Source: an uncultured Bacteroidales bacterium
GTDB lineage: Bacteria > Bacteroidota > Bacteroidia > Bacteroidales > GCA-2748055
Length of the DNA: 64,000 nucleotides
Direction: 5' to 3'
Assembly: GCA_963809925.1 (NCBI GenBank)
Contig: CAWELH010000005.1
Coordinates: 87,196 to 151,195, forward strand
In this document: positions 29,147 to 38,815 of the stretch, in pieces
How the letters are laid out: every line of letters starts with the position of its first letter
Numbering within the stretch: position 1 is the stretch's first letter
The notes under the pieces: generated by a model
What the model saw: the letters and a program-made list of their open reading frames with translations, nothing else
What the model was told of the DNA's origin: nothing
Database searches by the model: none
Program-made: the position numbers and the translations under genes

Positions 29147-30604
29147 ATGGAAGTTCTTATCCTGGTTCTCAGTTTTGTCATCCTCCTGGCAATAGGTGTA
29201 CCCATCGCTTTTAGCATCGGCGTTTCCGGCATTCTTACAATGCTCGTTTCCATCGATTCTCTGCCCGCAATCACGACCTTTGCACAACGGATGGCTACTG
29301 GTCTTGACAGCTTTGCATTGCTTGCCATTCCTTTTTTCATCCTTGCCGGGAACATCATGAATTCAGGCGGTATTGCCTTAAGATTAATTAATTTTGCAAG
29401 GGTTCTTGTTGGCGGACTACCGGGCGGACTGGCTTTTGTCAATGTTATTGCCAATATGCTTTTCGGGGCCATATCAGGCTCTGCCGCCGCGTCTGCTTCG
29501 GCTATCGGTACCATTATGACCCCTGAAATGAAGAAGGAAGGATTCGACGAAAATTTCAGTGCCGCCGTGAATATCACTTCTGCAACAACCGGCCTGTCTA
29601 TCCCTCCCAGTAATATCCTCATCGTTTACTCGCTTGCCAGCGGTGGGGCTTCAATTACTGCCCTATTTCTTGCGGGATACATTCCCGGAATAATGACAGG
29701 TCTATCCATCATGCTGGTAGCCATGTCGATGCTTGTTTACAAGAACCGCGGAATCCGTGGCGTCGCTTCGGTACTCCTAAAGTTTCTGCTGATCACTGCT
29801 GTGCTGATCGCCATTGCCGCCGGACTGAGAAGCCTATATGAACATGCTTCCAGGTCGGTCAGTCTACCTGTATTTATAGTTTTTGGGATTGCTTTGGCCG
29901 TAATTCTGACCTGGCGAACCATAAAGCATAAGGTACAGGCACTCAACGGACTCCTGAAATTCGTCGACGCCATACCCTCACTACTCTTGCTGGTCATCGT
30001 CATCGGTGGCATCGTTGCCGGCTATTTTACTGCTACTGAAGCCTCCGCCGTCGCGGTCCTGTATGCACTTATCCTGTCATTTATCTATGGCGAGATAAAA
30101 ATACAGGATCTTCCTCAGATTATCCTGCGCTCGGTCAGAACGACGGCCATTGTCCTTCTGCTTGTCGGAACCTCAATCGGACTTTCATGGATCATGTCGT
30201 ACGAAAACATCCCCCAGAATGTTAGCGAAGGATTGCTGTCCATTAGTGACAGCCCCTTCGTCATCCTATTGATTATCAACCTAATATTATTATTTGTTGG
30301 TGTATTTATGGATATGACTCCGGCTGTACTGATCTTCACACCGATCTTCCTGCCGGTTGTAACAGCACAAATGGGGATGAATCCGATTCATTTCGGAATT
30401 ATAATGGTTCTGAATCTGAGTGTAGGACTCTGTACCCCACCAGTTGGGTCAGTGCTTTTTATAGGTTGCAGCGTGGCCAATATCAAAATCGAGAAAGTAA
30501 TTAAGCCTTTGTTACCGCTTTTTGCCGCAATGATTATTGTATTATTACTTGTGACGTATATTCCGGAACTCAGCCTGTGGCTGCCTGGACTATTCGGTAA
30601 ATAA
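29147..30604 (+). CDS. dctM: TRAP transporter large permease (with an internal insertion)
   Basis: LLAIPFFILAG, FGAISGSA, IPPS, FTATEAS, TPPVG; 485 aa. Confidence 0.92.
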   Translation: MEVLILVLSFVILLAIGVPIAFSIGVSGILTMLVSIDSLPAITTFAQRMATGLDSFALLAIPFFILAGNIMNSGGIALRLINFARVLVGGLPGGLAFVNVIANMLFGAISGSAAASASAIGTIMTPEMKKEGFDENFSAAVNITSATTGLSIPPSNILIVYSLASGGASITALFLAGYIPGIMTGLSIMLVAMSMLVYKNRGIRGVASVLLKFLLITAVLIAIAAGLRSLYEHASRSVSLPVFIVFGIALAVILTWRTIKHKVQALNGLLKFVDAIPSLLLLVIVIGGIVAGYFTATEASAVAVLYALILSFIYGEIKIQDLPQIILRSVRTTAIVLLLVGTSIGLSWIMSYENIPQNVSEGLLSISDSPFVILLIINLILLFVGVFMDMTPAVLIFTPIFLPVVTAQMGMNPIHFGIIMVLNLSVGLCTPPVGSVLFIGCSVANIKIEKVIKPLLPLFAAMIIVLLLVTYIPELSLWLPGLFGK

Positions 30605-30869
30605 TCCAATATAGGATTTTTAGAGTGGAATGATGGCATTTCTGCTCATCCCAACTTGCTTAATCAAGGCCTTACCATAAAAGTTATTAAAATGCGTTGA
30701 ATATCCTGAAATGACCGTAAAGAAAAGTTTTGAACAGGATTTTGTTGATGTAAAAAACCGGTCAATAAACCCGTATTAATGATAAAAAAGATATATTTGC
30801 ATGGATTGGACCAGCGAGGGTCTAAATCAAAAAGGATATTTATTTCGAGGATATTAAACTTTCCTGTTA

Positions 30870-33206
30870 ATGCAGGTCAATTTTCTTAACCATATTATAC
30901 TGGAGAGCCTTCCTCTGGTTTGGGCATCCGTGTCCTACCAGTTGAATTTTCTTTCCATTAATTCGTTCATTGCAGATAACTTGTGGATTTACCACATATT
31001 TGCAGCAGTGCTGGTCATTCTCATCGTGATCTTTTTTGTCAAACTTTCATCCATTAACCGGAAGAAAAAGTTCATCGACAATCTGCTGAAACAAGAGGGA
31101 CCCATCAGTCCTAAAAATATCCTTACTACCCTCATCGATACACTGCCTGATTTCATCTATGTTAAAGACCTTGATAGCCGGATTATCGTGGCCAATAAAA
31201 AACTGGCCAGGACCTTCGGAAAAACGTCGGGCGAGGATATCACCGGTATGTCAGATCACGATTTCTACCCGAAAAAACTTGCAGATGAATTCAGGAAGAC
31301 TGAGATCGAGATCATGGCCTCAGGAAACCCAGTGATCAATCAACTGGAAAAAGGACTCGATGAACAGAAGAAAGAAATATGGGTAAGCAGCACAAAGATC
31401 CCCTTCAGGGATGAACAGAATAATGTTATCGGCATTGTTGGTATTGGCCGGAATGTGACTGCGTGGAAGAAGGCTGATGAGGAACTCGGGAAGAAATCGC
31501 TTGCCCTGCATGAGGCAAATTCACTTTTGGAGGAACGCCAGGAAGAAATCCTACAACAACAGGAGGAACTAAGAACGCAGACTGAATTAATCCTGGAGGA
31601 GAAAAAACTGCTCAGGACACTGATCGACAATATGCCTGATCGGATCTATATTAAAGACAGAAAAAGCTGTTTCATCATTGGGAACATCCATGTTGCAAAC
31701 GTGATGAGCGCCAAAAATCCTGAGGAGCTGATAGGAAAGACGGATTTTGATTTCTATGAAAAGAGCCTTGCCGAGGAATATTTCCAGGATGAACAGAGGG
31801 TTATGAATGAAGACATTCCCATCATTACAAAGGAGGAAAGAGGCCTTGACCCATCGGGAAGAAAGATCCTTGTTTCCACGACAAAGGTACCGATCCATGA
31901 CGATAAAGGCGAAGTTATCGGTATTGTAGGCATTGGCAGGGATATCACACCCCAGAAAGAGGTGGAAAAGAAACTTATAGAAAAATCAGAGAATCTTCAG
32001 GAAGCCAATGTCCTGCTCGAAGAAAGACAGGAAGAGATTCAGCAGCAATCGGAAGAATTACAAACACAGGCAGAACATCTAATCAGCATCAATAAGGAAC
32101 TCGAAAAACTCTCACTTGTTGCCAGTAGTACCGATAATGTCATCGTCATCATGGACAGGGATGGTAATTTCGAATGGGTAAACCTCGGTTTTGAGAAACG
32201 GTACCGTATGGGTCTTGTCGAATTCGTCAAGAAAAATGGCCGGAATCTGAGACAATCATCGAAGAGCCAGGAGATCAATCATATACTGGATGAAGTGATC
32301 AGGACAAAAAAACCGGCACTCTATGAGTCTCCCGATACAGACGGTGAAAATAATCAACTCTGGTCTCAGACGACTATTTCACCGGTTCTGGACGACAAAG
32401 GTGAACTCGTCAGGATCATTGCCATCGATTCAAACATCACCAAGATAAAGCTCGCAGAGGAACAAATAAACCTGCAGAAAAAGGAGCTGGAGAAGAACAG
32501 GGACGAGCTTAAAAAGTTAAATGCCACAAAAGATAAATTCTTTTCAATTATTGCTCACGATCTCAAAAATCCTTTCCATTCCATCATGGGCTTCTCCGAC
32601 CTTCTGACGAGAAATTACGATTCTATTGAGGACGATAAGCGACTTGAATTTATTCAGCTTATTAAGGATTCCTCTACCAGCGCTTACGCTTTACTGGAAA
32701 ATCTTCTGCACTGGGCGAGATCTCAGACGAATAAGATTAAGTTCACACCGGCTGAAATAAATCTTACTGAAATTATCAATGAGAATTTCCAGATGTTAAG
32801 TGTGACAGCACAGAATAAAAAAATAAGCATGGTTACTCCTCCTAATGGCAAACTTGTGGCCTACGCTGATTATAATATGGTCAACACCATCATAAGGAAC
32901 CTTCTTAGTAATGCCATTAAATTCACACCGGAGGGTGGGGAAGTCAGCCTTTCCGTTGATAAAAAAGGTGACATGATCATCATAAAAGTAAAGGACAATG
33001 GTATCGGAATGACCGCCGAAGACCAGAAAAAATTATTCAAACTCGATGAATTCCACAGTACGGCAGGAACCGTTGGTGAATCAGGTACCGGCCTCGGCCT
33101 GATTGTCTGCCGTGAATTCGTAAAGAAACATGGTGGCGAACTCCTCGTGGAAAGCAACCCTCAAAAAGGAAGCACATTTACATTCAATCTTCCGGTGACT
33201 AAATAA
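30870..33206 (+). CDS. Membrane-anchored multi-PAS sensor histidine kinase
   Basis: N-terminal TM; three PAS/PAC domains (IDTLPDFIYVKD, IDNMPDRIYIKD, ASSTDNVIVIMD); coiled coils; H-box IIAHDLKNP; NLLSNAIKF; DNGIG; GTGLGL. A TATATTTG promoter box lies at 30792-30799. Confidence 0.93.
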   Translation: MQVNFLNHIILESLPLVWASVSYQLNFLSINSFIADNLWIYHIFAAVLVILIVIFFVKLSSINRKKKFIDNLLKQEGPISPKNILTTLIDTLPDFIYVKDLDSRIIVANKKLARTFGKTSGEDITGMSDHDFYPKKLADEFRKTEIEIMASGNPVINQLEKGLDEQKKEIWVSSTKIPFRDEQNNVIGIVGIGRNVTAWKKADEELGKKSLALHEANSLLEERQEEILQQQEELRTQTELILEEKKLLRTLIDNMPDRIYIKDRKSCFIIGNIHVANVMSAKNPEELIGKTDFDFYEKSLAEEYFQDEQRVMNEDIPIITKEERGLDPSGRKILVSTTKVPIHDDKGEVIGIVGIGRDITPQKEVEKKLIEKSENLQEANVLLEERQEEIQQQSEELQTQAEHLISINKELEKLSLVASSTDNVIVIMDRDGNFEWVNLGFEKRYRMGLVEFVKKNGRNLRQSSKSQEINHILDEVIRTKKPALYESPDTDGENNQLWSQTTISPVLDDKGELVRIIAIDSNITKIKLAEEQINLQKKELEKNRDELKKLNATKDKFFSIIAHDLKNPFHSIMGFSDLLTRNYDSIEDDKRLEFIQLIKDSSTSAYALLENLLHWARSQTNKIKFTPAEINLTEIINENFQMLSVTAQNKKISMVTPPNGKLVAYADYNMVNTIIRNLLSNAIKFTPEGGEVSLSVDKKGDMIIIKVKDNGIGMTAEDQKKLFKLDEFHSTAGTVGESGTGLGLIVCREFVKKHGGELLVESNPQKGSTFTFNLPVTK

Positions 33207-33292
33207 GCAGTTAGCTTGTATTTTGCGATCTGAAAAGAATTTTCCACGGAAGCGACGCATGAGACAGCTTGCCCGGAATAATACTGCACGTC

Positions 33293-34639
33293 CTAGTTGC
33301 TAAAAAGCTTCATACAGCAATTCTTATATTTTTTACCACTGCCACAGGGACATGGATCATTGCGACCTACTAATGTTTTCGGTCCGGCTTTCTGTTCCTT
33401 TTGCCGGTCAATCCGCTGAACCCATTGCATTACACCGGCAGGTGCCCGTTTAGCTCTCAGCTCATCGGTCATGAATTGCATATACGGATGGACATGACTG
33501 AAAAAGGATTTATACGCCGCACACAAATAATTTAAACCCGGATCACCATCGGCAGTCTGCAATATCCTGTTTTTGGGACATTCTCCGTGACAGGCAAAGC
33601 GGTAATCACATTCGAAGCAATACCTGGGCAGGTGGTCTCGTTTGTCGTGACCGAACTTCACCTGACGATCCGATTTGATCATCTCCTTCAGTGGCGTTTT
33701 CATAATGTTTCCCAGGAGGAAATCTTCATAAACAAAATGGTCGCAACTATAAAGATCACCATTATGCTCCATGACAGTCGCATCACCACAGGTTTCGGTA
33801 AAAACACACAACCCGGGGTTCTCCCCTACCCAATTCGCCAGTGTGACATCAAAAATCTGTACAAAGTAACGGCCTACATCCTTTCGTACCCATTCATCAA
33901 ATATCGCATTCAGAAAACGACCATATTGAAGCGGCTCTACTGACCAGTCGGTCACGCTAGCCTCCTCGCTATAATTGGGTGCCACCAGATTTGGCGCATC
34001 CGACCTGATCTGGCCGGCAATCCGCTCCACGATGGGAATGAACTGGATAAATCCGCTACCAATCTCTTTCAAAAACCGGTACACCTCAAGGGGGTAATCA
34101 CCATTCTCCCGATTAACCACGGAAAGAGTGTTGAATTCAACGTTGTATTTATGAAGCATCTCGATGCCCTGCATCACCTTGTCAAAAGATCCGTCATTGG
34201 AATTGGTGACACGGTGATGATTATGGAGGGCTTCAGGACCATCGATTGAAACCCCTATAAGAAAGTTATTATCCTTGAAAAATTTACAGTACTCCTCAGT
34301 GAGCAAGGTACCATTCGTCTGGAAAATATTATCTATGCGTTTCCCTAAACTATGCTTTTCCTGGTATTTCAATGCTTTCCGGAAATAGTCAAGCCCTAAT
34401 AACGTGGGCTCGCCGCCCTGCCAGACAAAACTAACAGCAGGCACTTCCTGAGCGGCAATATATTGTTTGGTGAACTCTTCCAGAACATCATCCGGCATAC
34501 GGAAATTCCTGGTATCCAAATACAAGTTTTTCTTTTCAAGGTAATAGCAATAGGTACAGTTCAGGTTACAAACCGGACCTATCGGCTTAAGCATCACATT
34601 GAATGCAGTGGGTTTATGTCCCGGAAACAAAACATCCAT
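33293..34639 (-). CDS. Anaerobic sulfatase-maturating radical SAM/SPASM enzyme with a C-terminal SEC-C motif
   Basis: CNLNCTYC (CxxxCxxC), WQGGEPTL, YSCDH, CxxC...CHGECPK SPASM domain, GRNDPCPCGSGKKYKNCC. A TAATTTTG promoter box lies at 34666-34673 (minus strand). Confidence 0.92.
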   Translation of the reverse strand: MDVLFPGHKPTAFNVMLKPIGPVCNLNCTYCYYLEKKNLYLDTRNFRMPDDVLEEFTKQYIAAQEVPAVSFVWQGGEPTLLGLDYFRKALKYQEKHSLGKRIDNIFQTNGTLLTEEYCKFFKDNNFLIGVSIDGPEALHNHHRVTNSNDGSFDKVMQGIEMLHKYNVEFNTLSVVNRENGDYPLEVYRFLKEIGSGFIQFIPIVERIAGQIRSDAPNLVAPNYSEEASVTDWSVEPLQYGRFLNAIFDEWVRKDVGRYFVQIFDVTLANWVGENPGLCVFTETCGDATVMEHNGDLYSCDHFVYEDFLLGNIMKTPLKEMIKSDRQVKFGHDKRDHLPRYCFECDYRFACHGECPKNRILQTADGDPGLNYLCAAYKSFFSHVHPYMQFMTDELRAKRAPAGVMQWVQRIDRQKEQKAGPKTLVGRNDPCPCGSGKKYKNCCMKLFSN

Positions 34640-34784
34640 CAGGATTTCCTCCTTCTCTTTGATCTCAAAATTAGAAATAAATTGAACGAGAGAGGGGAAA
34701 AGTGAAATAATATAGAATATTTAAAAATAAGAGGTGAAAAAGTGAGAGATGTTCCTTAAATCACTCTTCAATTCACCCAACATT

Positions 34785-35059
34785 GTCTACCGAGCTTTAG
34801 CGTAAGAAGACTGTGTCTACCGAAGCTTTAGCGTAGGAAGACTGTGTCTACCGAAGCTTTAGCGTAGGAAGACTGTGTCTACCGAAGCTTTAGCGTAGGA
34901 AGACTGTGTCTACCAAAGCTTTAGCGTAGGAAGACTGTGTCTACCGAAGCTTTAGCGTAGGAAGACTGTGTCTACCGAAGCTTTAGCGTAGGAAGACTGT
35001 GCCTACCGAAGCTTCAGCGTAGGTAGGCCGCGTCCACCGAAGCTTCAGCGTAGGTGGAT
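34785..35059. repeat. Tandem array of nine 31-bp hairpin (REP-like) units
   Basis: Unit GTCTACCGAAGCTTTAGCGTAGGAAGACTGT at 34785 (30-bp variant), 34815, 34846, 34877, 34908, 34939 and 34970, with divergent copies at 35001 and 35032. No spacers. Confidence 0.95.
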
Positions 35060-35067
35060 CAATGATT

Positions 35068-35123
35068 ACTAAGCGTAATATTGACGCTAAGTTTGGATTT
35101 CAAAAAATCATTCCCTAATTTTG
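35068..35123 (+). promoter_or_regulatory. NrtR-type operator and Bacteroidota promoter of the xylose operon
   Basis: Palindrome ACTAAGCGT-AATATTG-ACGCTAAGT (35068-35092) has the GT-N7-AC core of NrtR sites. -33 TTTG at 35092-35095 and -7 TAATTTTG at 35116-35123 are 20 bp apart. Confidence 0.75.
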
Positions 35124-35143
35124 GATAAATAATTTTTGGAAAA

Positions 35144-35878
35144 TTGAAGCTAAACCCACATATATCGGTCGACTGTGTTGTTTTTGGTTTCGACGGTGAG
35201 CACCTGAAAGTACTGCTAATGAAGCGGAAATACAGCCTATCACAGCAGTCAGAAGGTTTTGCTTCCGATTACAAGCTGCCGGGTGATTTCATTACCGATG
35301 AAGAAGATCTTGATTCGGCGGCCAACAGGATACTTCAGGAGCTGACCGGCCTGAATAAGATTTACCTCCGACAGTTTCACGTTTTTGGTGCCCCGGGCAG
35401 GATAAAGAAGGAGCGCGATTTGCGCTGGCTCAGGGATACTACCGGCTTGCCCGTTGAGCGAGTTGTAACGGTAGCTTATTATTCTTTAATAAAAATAGAC
35501 GAAAGCCGACAGGAACTTGCTGAGAAAAATAACGCAGGCTGGTTCAGTATCTCTGACACCGGCGAGCTGGCTTTTGATCATTCATTGATCCTTAGCGAAG
35601 GCTTAAAAAATCTGAGGAGGAAGCTCCAGTATGAACCTGTTGGCATGCAGCTGTTACCGGGTAGATTTACAATCAGGCAATTACAGAATTTGTATGAGGT
35701 CATCCTGGGAAAGCCTCTTGATAACCGAAACTTCAGGAAAAAAGTTCTGAAGGCAGACTATCTTGTGCCTATGGATGAGAAGGAAGAAGGCGTCTCTCAC
35801 AAACCGGCAAGGCTCTTTAGATTTGACAGAAAATTGTATCATGACCGGTTTAATCAATTTGAAGGATTTCAATTCTGA
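35144..35878 (+). CDS. xylR: Nudix-related (NrtR-family) transcriptional regulator of xylose genes
   Basis: SVDCVVFGFD, degenerate Nudix box LPGDFI..EEDL..AANRILQELTG, C-terminal wHTH (FTIRQLQNLYE.IL...LDNRNFRKK). TTG start. Confidence 0.85.
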   Translation: MKLNPHISVDCVVFGFDGEHLKVLLMKRKYSLSQQSEGFASDYKLPGDFITDEEDLDSAANRILQELTGLNKIYLRQFHVFGAPGRIKKERDLRWLRDTTGLPVERVVTVAYYSLIKIDESRQELAEKNNAGWFSISDTGELAFDHSLILSEGLKNLRRKLQYEPVGMQLLPGRFTIRQLQNLYEVILGKPLDNRNFRKKVLKADYLVPMDEKEEGVSHKPARLFRFDRKLYHDRFNQFEGFQF

Positions 35879-35894
35879 ACTAACCAAAAGCAAC

Positions 35895-37379
35895 ATGTAC
35901 CTCCTTGGATATGATATTGGAAGCTCTTCTGTCAAAGCCTCGGTTATAGAGGCGGGCACAGGTAAAACTATTGGCGCTGCGTTTTACCCTGCTGAGGAAA
36001 TGCCCATCACCGCCTTGAAGCCGGGATGGGCGGAACAGGACCCGGAACTTTGGTGGACGAACCTGCGACTGGCTACGGCTGAGGTATTGAAGAAGTTCGA
36101 TGCCGAAAAGATTGCTGCCGTAGGTATTTCTTACCAAATGCATGGCCTGGTGATGATCGGCAAAGACAGGCGCGTCCTCAGACCCTCAATTATTTGGTGC
36201 GACAGCCGGGCAGTACCTTACGGTGATCGGGCATTTGCGGATCTGGGTCCGGAAAAATGCCTTTCCCACCTTCTCAATTCTCCTGGAAATTTCACTGCAT
36301 CCAAACTGAAATGGGTAAAAGAAAACGAACCCGCCCTCTTTGAAGATACCTGGAAGATCATGCTGCCCGGGGATTATATCGCAATGAGACTGACAGGGGA
36401 AATCAACACCACCATTTCCGGCCTGTCTGAAGGGATTTTCTGGGATTTCAGGCAGGGTGAGGTGGCCGATTTTCTTCTCGATTACTATGGTATTGAAAGG
36501 TCGCTAATCCCTGAGATTGTTCCGACTTTCGGTGTACAGGGCAAGATCACTGCCGCAATTTCTTCAGAACTGGGCCTCAGGGCGGGCATACCTGTGGCCT
36601 ATCGCGCCGGCGACCAGCCAAACAATGCCTTCTCACTGAACGTACTCCATCCCGGTGAAATTGCGGCGACAGCAGGCACCTCCGGTGTCGTATATGGCAT
36701 CAGCAACGAAGTAAAATATGATCCCGGCTCCAGGGTAAATACTTTTGCCCATGTAAATCACTCCCCGAAGGAAAACAGGCTGGGCGTACTGTTATGCATC
36801 AACGGCACTGGAATTCTGTATTCGTGGCTGAGAAAGAATATGGCTCCTGAGCTGGATTACAATTCTCTGAACGATATGGCTTCGGGCATTCCGATCGGAT
36901 CAGATGGTGTTTGTACCCTTCCTTTCGGAAACGGTGCGGAACGCATGATTGGAAATCGTGATCCGGGATGCAGCATTCACGGACTCAATTTCAATTTGCA
37001 CCGCCGGGAACATCTCATCCGTTCAGGCCAGGAGGGCATTGTTTTCGCCTTTCATAATGGTATGGAGATCATGAAAAATACCGGCATCGATCCGTCTGTG
37101 ATACGGGCAGGAAAAGCCAATATGTTCCTGAGTCCTGTATTCAGGGAGACACTGGCTGGAATTTCCGGTGCTACAATAGAACTCTATAACACTGACGGGG
37201 CGCAGGGTGCTGCCCGTGGTGCCGGTCTGGGCTCCGGCATATACCATTCCGACCAGGAGGCGTTCAGAAACCTTGAGAAAATTCAGGTTATCGAACCTGA
37301 TCTGACACGCCAGAATGAATACAAAGAAGCCTATGGAAAGTGGCTGACATTTTTTGAAACAGTAACCAATAACACATAA
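35895..37379 (+). CDS. xylB: Xylulokinase (FGGY family)
   Basis: [40 protein letters not shown]; ATG at 35895. Confidence 0.93.
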   Translation: MYLLGYDIGSSSVKASVIEAGTGKTIGAAFYPAEEMPITALKPGWAEQDPELWWTNLRLATAEVLKKFDAEKIAAVGISYQMHGLVMIGKDRRVLRPSIIWCDSRAVPYGDRAFADLGPEKCLSHLLNSPGNFTASKLKWVKENEPALFEDTWKIMLPGDYIAMRLTGEINTTISGLSEGIFWDFRQGEVADFLLDYYGIERSLIPEIVPTFGVQGKITAAISSELGLRAGIPVAYRAGDQPNNAFSLNVLHPGEIAATAGTSGVVYGISNEVKYDPGSRVNTFAHVNHSPKENRLGVLLCINGTGILYSWLRKNMAPELDYNSLNDMASGIPIGSDGVCTLPFGNGAERMIGNRDPGCSIHGLNFNLHRREHLIRSGQEGIVFAFHNGMEIMKNTGIDPSVIRAGKANMFLSPVFRETLAGISGATIELYNTDGAQGAARGAGLGSGIYHSDQEAFRNLEKIQVIEPDLTRQNEYKEAYGKWLTFFETVTNNT

Positions 37380-37384
37380 AAAAA

Positions 37385-38716
37385 ATGGAATATTTAACAG
37401 GAGATAAGGCATTCTTTCCCGGCATAGGGAAAATCGTTTATGAAGGCAGGGGTTCTGACAATCCCCTGGCATACAAATACTACAATCCAGAACAGATGAT
37501 CAGGGATGGCAAAACCATGAAGGAATATTTTCGCTTCTCCATGGCCTACTGGCATACTCTTACCGGCAAAGGGGGTGATCCGTTCGGACCCGGGACCAGA
37601 GATTTTCCATGGGATGCTAAAACCGACAGCATAGGAAGAGCAAAGGACCGGATGGATGCCGCTTTCGAACTCACAACCAAGCTTGGCCTCCCCTTTTATT
37701 GTTTTCATGATATGGATATTATCGATGAAGGTACACGTATCAGTGAAACGGAGCGAAACTTTGGTATTATGGTTGATTATGCAAGGCAGAAACAAAAAGA
37801 CTCAGGCGTAAAATTACTCTGGGGGACGGCAAACCTGTTCTCACATCCACGATACATGAACGGAGCTGCTACCAATCCTGATTTCCAGGCGATCACCTGG
37901 GCGGCAACACAGGTGAAGAATGCAATGGATGCTACCATAGCCATGGGCGGTGAGAATTATCTTTTCTGGGGTGGCCGTGAGGGATATATGTCATTACTCA
38001 ATACCAATATGAAAAAGGAGACCGACCACCTGGCCAGATTTCTGCATATGGCGAAGGATTATGCCAGGCAAAACGGTTTCAAAGGAACATTTCTTATCGA
38101 ACCAAAACCCATGGAACCAACAAAACACCAGTATGATTATGATACTGCAACAGTCATCGGATTCCTAAGGCACTACGGACTTGACAATGACTTCAGACTC
38201 AATATTGAAGTCAACCATGCCACACTCGCCGGGCACACATTTCAGCATGAATTGCAGGTTGCTGCCGACGCTGGATTATTTTGCAGTATTGATGCCAACC
38301 GTGGTGATTACCAGAACGGATGGGACACAGACCAGTTTCCAATCAATGTTTACGAACTGGTCGAGGCCATGCTGGTAATCATTGAAGCAGGTGGTTTCAA
38401 ATCCGGGGGCATTAACTTCGATGCAAAAGTAAGAAGGAACTCCACCGACCTTGAGGATCTGTTTATTGCTCATATCGCCGGGATGGATGCCTTTGCCAGG
38501 GCATTTCTGGTCGCCAGTGAGATCATAGACAAATCACCTTACCTCACGTGGCGCAATAACCGGTATGCTTCTTTTGATTCGGGTGACGGGAAGAAGTTCG
38601 AAGAGGGAAAATTCACCCTCGAAGACCTCAGGAAAATTGCCATAAGCAAGGGCGAACCTGCACAGTTGAGCGGCAAGCAGGAAATGTACGAGGCGCTGAT
38701 TAACCAGTACCTATAG
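37385..38716 (+). CDS. xylA: Xylose isomerase (class II)
   Basis: [49 protein letters not shown]. Confidence 0.98.
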   Translation: MEYLTGDKAFFPGIGKIVYEGRGSDNPLAYKYYNPEQMIRDGKTMKEYFRFSMAYWHTLTGKGGDPFGPGTRDFPWDAKTDSIGRAKDRMDAAFELTTKLGLPFYCFHDMDIIDEGTRISETERNFGIMVDYARQKQKDSGVKLLWGTANLFSHPRYMNGAATNPDFQAITWAATQVKNAMDATIAMGGENYLFWGGREGYMSLLNTNMKKETDHLARFLHMAKDYARQNGFKGTFLIEPKPMEPTKHQYDYDTATVIGFLRHYGLDNDFRLNIEVNHATLAGHTFQHELQVAADAGLFCSIDANRGDYQNGWDTDQFPINVYELVEAMLVIIEAGGFKSGGINFDAKVRRNSTDLEDLFIAHIAGMDAFARAFLVASEIIDKSPYLTWRNNRYASFDSGDGKKFEEGKFTLEDLRKIAISKGEPAQLSGKQEMYEALINQYL

Positions 38717-38815
38717 CAGCCCTAAGCCAGGCAGTTCTACCTGCACGTGTGTAAAAAATGTATGCAGGCAGAATATCAAACCGGTAAATCATTACTACTG
38801 ACTAATACTATTCCA

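Noticed and set aside
34785-35059. CRISPR array interpretation of the 31-bp repeats
   Set aside because: The units are directly adjacent with no unique spacers, and there are no cas genes in the window.
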